From: a virus
Reading direction: 5' to 3' (one strand)
Virus record (IMG/VR): IMGVR_UViG_3300038701_003016
Span: 29 to 64,028 of that record
DNA: 64,000 bases
A program made the position numbers and the translations under genes. Shown piece by piece: positions 56,038-64,000 of the stretch (the first letter of the stretch is position 1; every line of letters starts with the position of its first letter). A model generated the notes under the pieces. That model searched no databases, was not told the DNA's origin, and was given only the letters and a program-made list of their open reading frames with translations.

Positions 56038-56346
56038 TTCTGTTGCCCGGCCGTCCTCGGAGCCGCGTTCAATTAAGCTGCTTGAGCAAAATCAACAAGT
56101 GGTTGGTTATCGTTGACAATTAACGATTTTAGTCTATAAAGGAACTACCCTGCATTCTCCAATAACCTCTCATTGATAGTCGATCCTAGTTCACCCCCCT
56201 CAAGAGCCTACTGACAGAGCTTTGCGCCTTGCTAGAGGTCATAGGCGAGTCAACCCCTGCTTATCAGATATCAGTAGGCTCATGGTGGAGGTGCCGGGTA
56301 CTGCCCCCGGGTCCTACTCAATTAAATTCATCTTCATCAAATGCAT
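56038..56346 (-). ncRNA. ssrA: two-piece (circularly permuted) tmRNA, alphaproteobacterial type
   Basis: Acceptor piece ends GGACCCGGGGGCAGTACCCGGCACCTCCACCA (3' end 56283). Coding piece starts GGGGGTGAACTAGGATCGAC (56198). G3-U70 and A73 present; tag VNDNQPLVDFAQAA*; ends GGCAACAGAA. Confidence 0.93.
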
Positions 56347-56358
56347 ACTTAGAATAGA

Positions 56359-56514
56359 AAAAGGGCGCTCCGAAGAACACCCTTAATCTATTTAGCCCTC
56401 GATAATTCATATAGGTGATATACGAAATTAACTTATATAATATAAAAAGAGGGTGCCCCGAAGGACACCCTCAATTTCCTAGGCGGTCTTGAGAGGGGCA
56501 AGAGAAGCCTAGGA
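56359..56514 (-). terminator. three stacked hairpins (two UUCG-loop terminators) between SSB and tmRNA
   Basis: Minus strand GAGGGTGTCC-TTCG-GGGCACCCTC-TTTTT and AAGGGTGTTC-TTCG-GAGCGCCCTT-TTT, plus TCCTAGGC/GCCTAGGA. Confidence 0.75.
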
Positions 56515-56537
56515 GGGACACTCACATGTATCTAGCT

Positions 56538-57164
56538 TTAAAAACCTATATCGTCATCGTCTCCGAGGAAACCCTCAGTGTCTTCATCTTCAAGAAAATC
56601 ATCATCAAAGTCTTCAGCTGCATTCCGACGGCTATCAAGCCGATCTTCATCCGCACAATCTTTAACTTTTTGTAAATTCATAAGGCCTAAAGATACGCCT
56701 TTACCTTTACCGTCATATGAATATACAGTAACAGTAGCTCTAAAGTATGCTCCGGGGTAGATTTCATCCATATTACCTTCTTCATGGCTAATAGGATTTT
56801 TATTTCTATCTACAATACCTGGTCGCATTTCACTACTTAAATTGGCAAAAATAGTTCCTTCGCCATAGCCTTCCAGGTCCGCTTTTGATTTACCATCACG
56901 CAAACCAAGTTTGTAGCTAGCCCCTTCTGAATTTAAAACTTTAAGTTCTTTAATGGATTTCTTAAAACGTTCCTTAGCAGCCTCGTTCATAGCATTATTA
57001 ATATTACGCCATAAAACTTTTTCTTTTTCAGTAAAATTAGCTGGAGTCCAAATAGCCCCACAGCTAAATTTTTCTTTTGATCCTTCCTGATAAGCTTCAG
57101 GTTTTGCTAGTTTGGGAAAAGACATTCTAAATACTGGAGTCGTAAATCTTTGTACTGTAGCCAT
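56538..57164 (-). CDS. single-stranded DNA-binding protein (DUF2815 / gp2.5-like)
   Basis: RMSFPKL, LRDG, IYPG, KGVSLGLMNLQKVKD, acidic tail ending DDDDIGF. Confidence 0.88.
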   Translation of the reverse strand: MATVQRFTTPVFRMSFPKLAKPEAYQEGSKEKFSCGAIWTPANFTEKEKVLWRNINNAMNEAAKERFKKSIKELKVLNSEGASYKLGLRDGKSKADLEGYGEGTIFANLSSEMRPGIVDRNKNPISHEEGNMDEIYPGAYFRATVTVYSYDGKGKGVSLGLMNLQKVKDCADEDRLDSRRNAAEDFDDDFLEDEDTEGFLGDDDDIGF

Positions 57165-57246
57165 TTCGTCTTCCTTTCTATCTATAATGAAATCAGCTAT
57201 TACTCTTAAATAAAAGAGTAAATGAATATTATAAGTTATTAATAAA

Positions 57247-57810
57247 TTAAGAGCCCTTACTTTCAGACAATTCTAAGGCTTTTTGTAATAACATCGCTTG
57301 CCCTACAGCATCATCAAAAGCATCATGAGCATTAAGCCCTGTCCAATCTATTTTTGGAGTACCTGCAACCGAAAGAAAAGTTCTTGCACAGTAGGTAACC
57401 CTTCTGTCCCAAGGCACATCTCGACCTACTTTGTAATAAGCTGACTTCAAAATCGGGATATCGAAGTCAGAGGGTTTTGCCCAAACTCCTTGTATATCCC
57501 TCCAGCCGTATACTCCTGGTATATTTACTTTATTCAGCCATATATCTAAATTTGATAGAGCATAGGAAAGCTCTGTAGCATTCTGTTCAAGTTTTTTACC
57601 AAGGTCCTTAGCTAAAGGTTGTTGGAGCCACCATTGTAAAGTGGAATGGTCGATAGACCCTGCTCCATCTTGAAGTTTAACATACTGGTTAAACCCTTGG
57701 TCATTAAAAATACGCCCTTTGGATTTAAACTCGAATGCTACTGCGCCTATTTGCACTATAGAAGCATCCGGCCTTGTGCCAAAAGTTTCTAGATCTAGCA
57801 TAACATGCAT
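57247..57810 (-). CDS. DEDDh 3'-5' exonuclease (Rv2179c/DUF5051-like)
   Basis: MLDLETFGT...IVQIGAV...FDIPIL...HDAFDDA..QA. Confidence 0.85.
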   Translation of the reverse strand: MHVMLDLETFGTRPDASIVQIGAVAFEFKSKGRIFNDQGFNQYVKLQDGAGSIDHSTLQWWLQQPLAKDLGKKLEQNATELSYALSNLDIWLNKVNIPGVYGWRDIQGVWAKPSDFDIPILKSAYYKVGRDVPWDRRVTYCARTFLSVAGTPKIDWTGLNAHDAFDDAVGQAMLLQKALELSESKGS

Positions 57811-57947
57811 TTAACTGCTCCATAATTATCTAGTAGTAAATAAGTTATAATCGCCACGCCTCCCACAAACAGCTCTATTCCGAAACGGTCTAAAACTTTT
57901 GAAAAGAAAGCTAAATGAAATAGTCGATTTGTGAATGGGATTTTCAT
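57795..57947 (-). CDS. possible 50-aa membrane peptide not in the ORF track
   Basis: Hand translation MKIPFTNRLFHLAFFSKVLDRFGIELFVGGVAIITYLLLDNYGAVKCMLC fills the gap exactly. Confidence 0.4.
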   Translation of the reverse strand: MKIPFTNRLFHLAFFSKVLDRFGIELFVGGVAIITYLLLDNYGAVKCMLC

Positions 57948-58235
57948 TTATTTTTTCCCTATTATTACCCCTTGTACTAACGTTCTAATTCTTCCCGAAC
58001 CTCCTCTGTGAACTGAAACTTCTTCCGTGTTATTTTCTAGAAACCGCACAAACATTTTTGTAGGAGCCTTTTCAAATCCCCATTCATTACAAAAATTTTC
58101 ATAGTCTCTATAAATAAAAGTTAAAGGCATTAGCACGTTGCTAGATATAGAGCAAGTGCTAAGCCAAGCGCTGTAAGAGCCCCATTCAGCGGATACTTCT
58201 TTATGAATTTCAGCATTTTTCATACGGTATAGCAT
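57948..58235 (-). CDS. stand-alone winged-helix-like protein (D5-primase C-terminal-like)
   Basis: IYRDYENFCNEWG...FVRFLE...R.....GV pattern. Confidence 0.55.
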   Translation of the reverse strand: MLYRMKNAEIHKEVSAEWGSYSAWLSTCSISSNVLMPLTFIYRDYENFCNEWGFEKAPTKMFVRFLENNTEEVSVHRGGSGRIRTLVQGVIIGKK

Positions 58236-58467
58236 GGCGCTTAGCTATGTCTTCTAAAGAGACTTTCTTGCCTTTAGCAGCATACCCTCTACGAAGTTGA
58301 TCCAATAAAGCCAGGTTTAATGCTTCATTTAATTCCTGAGTAACATCCTCAATTCCATCAAAATCATCTAGCTCCGCCTTTAAATTTATGAAATATTCAG
58401 TGCCCTCATAGTTCCCTGTATTTACACGACAACTTTTAGAAACCGACACTTCTTTAATTTCTGCCAC
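58210..58467 (-). CDS. hypothetical protein
   Basis: VNTGNYE motif. Confidence 0.65.
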   Translation of the reverse strand: MAEIKEVSVSKSCRVNTGNYEGTEYFINLKAELDDFDGIEDVTQELNEALNLALLDQLRRGYAAKGKKVSLEDIAKRHAIPYEKC

Positions 58468-59059
58468 TTAAGACCTCCATAACGATTTCCCACATGTCCT
58501 TTTCAGACAATTGAAATCTATCAAAATCTTCATCAGGAGAAGTTTCAATAGCACATAGTGAAACCGCTCCTTTGTCACTCTCCTGTGTTTTAAGCATTAA
58601 AGTGGCAGTCTTACCTCCATTTAAAGGCTCCGTAGCATGAAACTCATGCATCTTCATATTATACCTTTGACCAGCAGGTACAATTTCTTCAGATACTTTT
58701 TTCACATGAACTAAGCCGTTAGGGCGCCAAGGTCTATTTCCAAACTGGCTTCTTTGGCCTTCATGCAAATATGACATATGTGTGGCGTTTGACGTAACAG
58801 GCTCACCTTTTAAAAGGCCGTCAAGATTTATATTATCTCTTTGGGTTTTGTACAAAATATTCTTCTGAGTTCCGATTAAGACCCGGCTCATAAAGCTAAA
58901 TCTGTGACTATGTATGCTAGAAAACTCAAAGCATTCTCTTTTCGGCAAGTCAGGATGCCATACATGTAAGCGTTGATTGCCCTGAAGCTTTATCTGAATA
59001 AAACCTAAGCCATGTAAGGTTATAACCTCAGCCGTTTCTTTAAAATTATCCGCTATCAT
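58454..59059 (-). CDS. cupin-fold (putative metal-dependent) protein
   Basis: LHVWH...IHSHRFSFMSRVLIG...EFHAT. Confidence 0.55.
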   Translation of the reverse strand: MIADNFKETAEVITLHGLGFIQIKLQGNQRLHVWHPDLPKRECFEFSSIHSHRFSFMSRVLIGTQKNILYKTQRDNINLDGLLKGEPVTSNATHMSYLHEGQRSQFGNRPWRPNGLVHVKKVSEEIVPAGQRYNMKMHEFHATEPLNGGKTATLMLKTQESDKGAVSLCAIETSPDEDFDRFQLSEKDMWEIVMEVLSGRN

Positions 59060-59349
59060 GTATCATCTCCATATCCCAAAGCTTTAAGAGCATTCGAAAC
59101 CAGGTGCAACACGCTAGATTTTCTTACGTGCCTCTTTACTTTTCTGATTTTAGACGAATGGGCACTATCTTTTAATATTAAAGCATTTCCCCATTCTGCG
59201 TACCCGCATGACTCTGGATAATTCATTTGGGCTACATCGTAGTTGCCTAATTCGTCATCTCCAGTCAAATCATTGCCAATAGCTATCTGTTCTAAAATGC
59301 TCACTTCGCCAGTTACTGCAGAATGTAGTTCTACTTTTACTATAATCAT
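59056..59349 (-). CDS. hypothetical protein
   Basis: IGND..G...GNYDV motif. Confidence 0.6.
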   Translation of the reverse strand: MIIVKVELHSAVTGEVSILEQIAIGNDLTGDDELGNYDVAQMNYPESCGYAEWGNALILKDSAHSSKIRKVKRHVRKSSVLHLVSNALKALGYGDDT

Positions 59350-59358
59350 AAGCCCCTC

Positions 59359-60705
59359 CTACTCTAAATCATCATCAAAGTCATTTCCAATATCTATAAC
59401 GACTTCAGATCTTTTATCTGAAATAGGTGCCATTGTTAAAGACCCTTCGTTCTTAATCATAACGCGCTCACTAAATTCTTTCTTACGCTGGCCTGACCCT
59501 TTACCTTTTATTAGTTTTTCTAGAGCAGGCCCCCTTTTTAATTCAGGCTCTGTAAAATGTTGTTCCACAGGAATGTCAAACTCTTCAGCACAAATAGTAG
59601 AAATTTCCTCCGGGCTTAAACCAGGACGATAAGATCTTCGACTTGCATTCCTTACTACTTTATAGCCTTCTACTTTTCCTCCAGCTAGAAGCTTTGCTTT
59701 AGCTTCTGCTTTTACTTTAGTAACCCAGTCGTCTATTAATTCTACCCAAGGTAAAATTATGGGGAACCTATTTTCCCCTCCGATTTCTATTTCTTCAGGA
59801 TCGTCTTCAAAATCAATTAAGGCCAATTCTTGCATTTTACTTTTAATAGCGGTGCATCTAGTTTTTAATTCACAAAAAGTGCAATGACTCCCGTCTTCTC
59901 CAATACTAATTAAACCACGCTGGTATAAGTCGTCAATAATTTCCTGTAGATTTTTTCCTTCTTTGGTTTTGTTCCGTAGAATTTCTCTAGCCAAATCCAC
60001 TTTACGGGCTTTTTCTCTTAGTTCATCCCTCCATTTGAGCAATTCCACCCTTGTTATCTCTTCAGTCATAATTCCATCTTCGGGTGCTTGATGATGCCGA
60101 GGCATGCAAATCGTATACCTATATACATCGTGAGAAAAGCCTGTTTCATGAGCTCTTCCTAAAACATAGGAACGTAATTGCATATTCCCTTCAACCGGTA
60201 CAAATACTCCTGTACCATTTTTATAATCAATGACTTCTAGAACATCAGGCCATGCATCAATAGTTACATCGGCAGTTCCTCCTGTATCATCTCTTTCAGG
60301 TAGCGGTATAGTATAGCCTTCTACTATAAGTTCTGCAGACTCTAATTCATCCATCCTCTTATTTACATAATCTGTAAATTTGGTGGTAGCATCCACCATG
60401 TCGTCATCTACTTCAAACCAGATAGCAGTTGCATCTTTTGGAGTTTTAGCATTGGCTTTAAGTATTTTAGCTTCTTCGCCCCCCGTCTCTGTTTCCACTA
60501 ATTGTATAATACGCCCTGTGTAAGTTTCTGGGGAAGTATCGGTAAGAAGGCAGTTTTCAATGAGCGCATGCGCGCATGTACCTAACTGGGCTTGAGGGCT
60601 GCTTTCCCCTTTAAGAGACGGAACCGCTTCTAGTACTGCAGCGGACCCTGGACAGTTCCACCATTGTTTAGTTTGCGATGAGCTAAGTCTTGCATGAGCA
60701 GCCAT
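59359..60705 (-). CDS. Cas4-like PD-(D/E)XK exonuclease (DUF2800)
   Basis: HARLSSS...W.NCPGS, GT.AH, GTADV, IDYKNG, QLRSY, HCTFC...RC. Confidence 0.88.
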   Translation of the reverse strand: MAAHARLSSSQTKQWWNCPGSAAVLEAVPSLKGESSPQAQLGTCAHALIENCLLTDTSPETYTGRIIQLVETETGGEEAKILKANAKTPKDATAIWFEVDDDMVDATTKFTDYVNKRMDELESAELIVEGYTIPLPERDDTGGTADVTIDAWPDVLEVIDYKNGTGVFVPVEGNMQLRSYVLGRAHETGFSHDVYRYTICMPRHHQAPEDGIMTEEITRVELLKWRDELREKARKVDLAREILRNKTKEGKNLQEIIDDLYQRGLISIGEDGSHCTFCELKTRCTAIKSKMQELALIDFEDDPEEIEIGGENRFPIILPWVELIDDWVTKVKAEAKAKLLAGGKVEGYKVVRNASRRSYRPGLSPEEISTICAEEFDIPVEQHFTEPELKRGPALEKLIKGKGSGQRKKEFSERVMIKNEGSLTMAPISDKRSEVVIDIGNDFDDDLE

Positions 60706-60780
60706 TATAAAATCTCCATTTAATAAAATAGCGGGAATTTTTAAGAGCTACCCCGCAACCCTCTACTTAATCTTAAAGCC

Positions 60781-61173
60781 TTAAAAGTCGTCTTCAGAAG
60801 GCTTAAGTGAAGCTGCGTCAATAACACTTTGATAGGCTTCTTCTTTAAGCTCACTTAGAGACGAAGCGGAATGGTCTTTGAGAATTTGAATGGCAGCATC
60901 TTTGCCATTTTCTTCTGAGAACTGTTTCAGAGCAGCGCGAACTTGTTCTTTTGTAATGGCTTCTGGTTTAGCTTCTTCTTTAGGTTCAGGCTTGGTTTCT
61001 GCCTTTGGCTTAGCGGCAGGTTTAGGTTTAGGCTTAGTTTCTAATTTTGTAGTCTCTGCCTTATTTGCAGAATGATTAAATGAAGCTGAAATAGCACTTA
61101 ATGTTTTATGAGCATCTTGTACCGCACTTTCAACACTTGGATCAAATTGAATAGTAACTAAGGAACTTGTCAT
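60781..61173 (-). CDS. hypothetical replication-module protein
   Basis: Lys/Pro/Glu linker plus ITKEQVRAAL...LSELKEEAY domain typical upstream of DUF2800/DUF2815. Confidence 0.7.
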   Translation of the reverse strand: MTSSLVTIQFDPSVESAVQDAHKTLSAISASFNHSANKAETTKLETKPKPKPAAKPKAETKPEPKEEAKPEAITKEQVRAALKQFSEENGKDAAIQILKDHSASSLSELKEEAYQSVIDAASLKPSEDDF

Positions 61174-61342
61174 TTAGGTAATCTCCTATTTATGGATTGT
61201 GAATAACAGGAGTACAATGACATAATTTTTCCTATCCAGTGGACCCTTAATGAGGAACTCAAAGGTTATAATGGCAACATGAAAAAGCTAAGTTATCCTA
61301 AGCTTGTAAAGTCATTAAAGCTTGTAAGACGGAGAAAAATAA

Positions 61343-63673
61343 GTGGCTAAGACAGATGTAGATTTAGAAGCCTTAAAGGAATATCAAAAAGCTAAATATA
61401 CTCTACTCCCTTTACATAAGTGGGATAAGACTTCAACCTATAAAGGAAAAGAGAGACAGGACGGTAAACGGCCGATTGATCGAGACTGGACAAACCGACC
61501 TTATAATAACGCAACTACAATAAAGCATGCTCAAACTGGAGGGAATGTAGGAGTTCGGCTCACCGCAGAACAACTTGTTATTGACGTTGATCCTCGCAAT
61601 ATGCCAGAAGGTAGAGATACTTTTAAGGAATTGTGCGAAGCTATTAAATTAGTTCCCGATGATTATCCTCAAGTTAAAACAGGAAGTGGAGGCCTTCATG
61701 TCTATATGCGTAAGAGCGCAGATGTGCCTGTCGTGGATAGTATTGAAGGATATGATGGCGTTGAGTTTAAAACAAAAGGGCGCCAAGTAGTCGCTGCCGG
61801 ATCAAAGCATCCTAATGGAAACATGTATGAATGGGATTTTCTAGGCCCTAATTTGGAAGATGCAGATCAAGCCCCCGACCGTCTCATGGCTTTGATTAGA
61901 AGACCGAGCAGGATATCATCGGGGCCTTCAGGCGGAGGAGAGCATACTCAAGAAGAGATTGCTACGATGCTTGATGAATTGGACCCTACAGATTTTAGAG
62001 ATCAGTCTGCATGGCTAGAATTGATGATGGCTTGTCATCATGCTTCTGGCGGAGATGCCCGCTCTGAATTTATCGACTGGTCTACCCGAGATCCTCAATA
62101 TTCTGCTGACTCTTGGATTGTCGGTCGTAGATGGGATAGCCTGCATAGAGATAAAGGATCGGGAGTCACATATCGGACTTTACATAAAGTTATGAGGGAT
62201 AAAGGAAAGCAGTCTGCTATTCCTCAAGTTAAAGCCGAAGATGATTTTGAAGATGATTTGGATTTACCAGGAGATGAAAACGAATTTGAAATCCCAGAGC
62301 ATGAACGTAAGGGCCCCATGACACGGTTGAATGAAAGACTTTGGGCAGTTATGGATGGGGGCAAATTTAGAATTATGTATGAGCACTTCAATCCAAGTAC
62401 CCAAAGAATGGAATGGGTTTCCGCTACCAAAAATAATGCCCTTGACATGTACGCTAATAGGAAGGTAGAAAAAATAAATATGAAAGGTGAACCAGTTGTT
62501 GTACCTGTTTTAGAAGAGTGGATGCAATGGGGTCATCGCCGTACAGCTCAAGGAGTAGTATTTGATCCGGAAAGAGACCACAAAGGATTTTTAAATTTAT
62601 GGCAAGGATGGGCTGTTGATCCAGCACCTGGTGATTGGTCTCTTACGGAAGAGCTTATTCATGAAGTCCTTTGTAATGGGGACTCGGTACAATCCAAATT
62701 TGTTATGGATTGGATTGCCTACATGGTGCAAAAACCTTGGGATCCACCAGAAGTTGCTATTTGCTTTAGAGGGGATAAAGGAACAGGCAAATCTACTCTT
62801 GGAGAGGCTCTTGTTAAATTATCAGGCAGGCATGGTATTCAGGTCACCTCTCCCCGGCATGTCATGGGCAACTTCAATATCCACTTAATGGATTGCATTA
62901 TGCTGTTTGCAGATGAGGCTGTTAGACCCACTGATAAAGCCGGACAAGCGGCCTTGAAGGCTTTGATAACTGAGAGGCAAATGGCCTATGAGGCTAAGGG
63001 GATTGATTTAAAAACAGGGATTAATAGAATTCATGTCATGATGGCTTCTAACGATGATTGGTTCGTAGATGCTTCAGCCGTTGATGGGGAGAGAAGGTAT
63101 TTTGTAGCGGAAGCAAATAATAAAAGGCAACGTGATACGAAGTTTTTTGGAGCTTTAAAAAATCAATTGTATAATAAAGGAGGGTTGGCCGCAATGCTCC
63201 ATGATATGCAATTAAGGGATATTTCTGGATGGGCTCCAAGAGGTAACGTTCCAGTCACTACTGCTTTAACTGAACAGAAAGCGAGAAACTTAGAACCTGT
63301 CGGTCAGTGGTGGTTTAATATATTAGATGAGGGGGCCATGCCTTGTCCTTTAACGAATGACGATGATGATTGGGACTTAGGGGCTATCAGAGTATTTAAT
63401 GAAGATTTGAAAGGATCTTTTGAGGATTTCTGCAGAAAAAACAGATTGTCTCCTGGTTCAATGAATAAATCCATGGATAGATATTTCTGGGGAGAACTGA
63501 AGAAATATTGTCCAAGTTTTACAGAGAAACGCGATAAAATACCGGAAGATCGCTTTGATATAGCTCCAGTAAGCAGCTCTGATAACAGGGCAAGATGTAA
63601 AGCCTTTCCTTCTATGAGTGAGTGCCGTATGGGCTTTGAAGCTGTTTTAGGAGGCAAATTTAACTGGAACTGA
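61343..63673 (+). CDS. primase-polymerase / SF3 helicase (Prim-Pol + PriCT-2 + D5-like)
   Basis: LVIDVDPRN, TGSGGLHVY, W..WS..DPQY, GDKGTGKS, FADE, RRYFV. Confidence 0.9.
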   Translation: MAKTDVDLEALKEYQKAKYTLLPLHKWDKTSTYKGKERQDGKRPIDRDWTNRPYNNATTIKHAQTGGNVGVRLTAEQLVIDVDPRNMPEGRDTFKELCEAIKLVPDDYPQVKTGSGGLHVYMRKSADVPVVDSIEGYDGVEFKTKGRQVVAAGSKHPNGNMYEWDFLGPNLEDADQAPDRLMALIRRPSRISSGPSGGGEHTQEEIATMLDELDPTDFRDQSAWLELMMACHHASGGDARSEFIDWSTRDPQYSADSWIVGRRWDSLHRDKGSGVTYRTLHKVMRDKGKQSAIPQVKAEDDFEDDLDLPGDENEFEIPEHERKGPMTRLNERLWAVMDGGKFRIMYEHFNPSTQRMEWVSATKNNALDMYANRKVEKINMKGEPVVVPVLEEWMQWGHRRTAQGVVFDPERDHKGFLNLWQGWAVDPAPGDWSLTEELIHEVLCNGDSVQSKFVMDWIAYMVQKPWDPPEVAICFRGDKGTGKSTLGEALVKLSGRHGIQVTSPRHVMGNFNIHLMDCIMLFADEAVRPTDKAGQAALKALITERQMAYEAKGIDLKTGINRIHVMMASNDDWFVDASAVDGERRYFVAEANNKRQRDTKFFGALKNQLYNKGGLAAMLHDMQLRDISGWAPRGNVPVTTALTEQKARNLEPVGQWWFNILDEGAMPCPLTNDDDDWDLGAIRVFNEDLKGSFEDFCRKNRLSPGSMNKSMDRYFWGELKKYCPSFTEKRDKIPEDRFDIAPVSSSDNRARCKAFPSMSECRMGFEAVLGGKFNWN

Positions 63674-63675
63674 CA

Positions 63676-63780
63676 GTTTGTAAAGCATGTATAGCATATT
63701 TTAGTCTAAGTTGTTTTTGAAATACACATGCGCATATATGACAATATTATAGTATTACAAGTAGTATATGCTTTACAAAC
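63676..63780. repeat. 13-bp perfect inverted repeat
   Basis: GTTTGTAAAGCAT (63676-88) / ATGCTTTACAAAC (63768-80). Confidence 0.7.
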
Positions 63781-63970
63781 TATAAAAAATTAAACAAAAT
63801 CAAGGATTTGAGTCTGTAAGACGGAGAGCACTTTCTATCTTACAGGTTTTACAAATCGAATTTAGCTACCTCTTCTACTCTTGGATTAAGGTAAAGGAGG
63901 GAAAAGTGGGAGATAAAGGAGAGTTGAAAGAGAGCTGAAAGAGATGATCTTAATTCAGAGAAGAAGACTT

Positions 63971-63998
63971 CATGCACGTGCGCGCGCATGTGCGCGTA
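63971..63998. other. 28-nt alternating purine/pyrimidine tract
   Basis: CATGCACGTGCGCGCGCATGTGCGCGTA. Confidence 0.8.
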
Positions 63999-64000
63999 AG

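Noticed and set aside
56283-56314. attP remnant of host ssrA
   Set aside because: The entire tmRNA gene is present and no integrase is recognised in the window.
43213-61173. Z-base (purZ) or 7-deazaguanine (queC/D/E, dpdA) modification pathway
   Set aside because: No adenylosuccinate-synthetase-like, FolE/Que or DpdA motifs were recognised in any ORF.
44516-63657. Opposite-strand or nested ORFs in the replication arm (e.g. 55154-55507, 59243-59632, 63304-63657)
   Set aside because: They are shadow frames of polymerase, nuclease and primase genes.
321-63673. Stop-codon reassignment
   Set aside because: Genes are full length and densely packed under the standard bacterial code, all three stops are used, and no suppressor tRNA is present.

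Overview
The window holds a near-complete, AT-rich, apparently lytic siphovirus genome (no integrase or repressor recognised), most like the YuA/phiJL001/RDJL-type phages. An alphaproteobacterial host is inferred from a GapR/DUF2312 gene, an alpha-type two-piece tmRNA and RcGTA g12-g15-like tail genes. Layout: 22-bp tandem repeats (1-240, putative origin); a + strand accessory region (321-12448) with repeated promoter cassettes driving tiny divergent genes, two intact tRNAs, one degenerate tRNA, denV and DNA ligase; a structured candidate ncRNA (12486-12777); packaging, head, tail, lysis and a T5 A1-like nuclease (12826-43098, +); a replication and nucleotide-metabolism arm (43213-61173, -); and a primase-helicase (61343-63673, +). 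The strongest leads are: (1) a thymidylate-synthase homologue with Asp at the dUMP/dCMP specificity position, clustered with dCMP deaminase and an NTP-pyrophosphatase-kinase fusion, suggesting modified-cytosine DNA or a rerouted dTMP pathway; (2) a complete circularly permuted tmRNA gene; (3) an unassigned ~290-nt structured RNA upstream of the terminase. All family calls come from motif recognition by eye. No searches were run.
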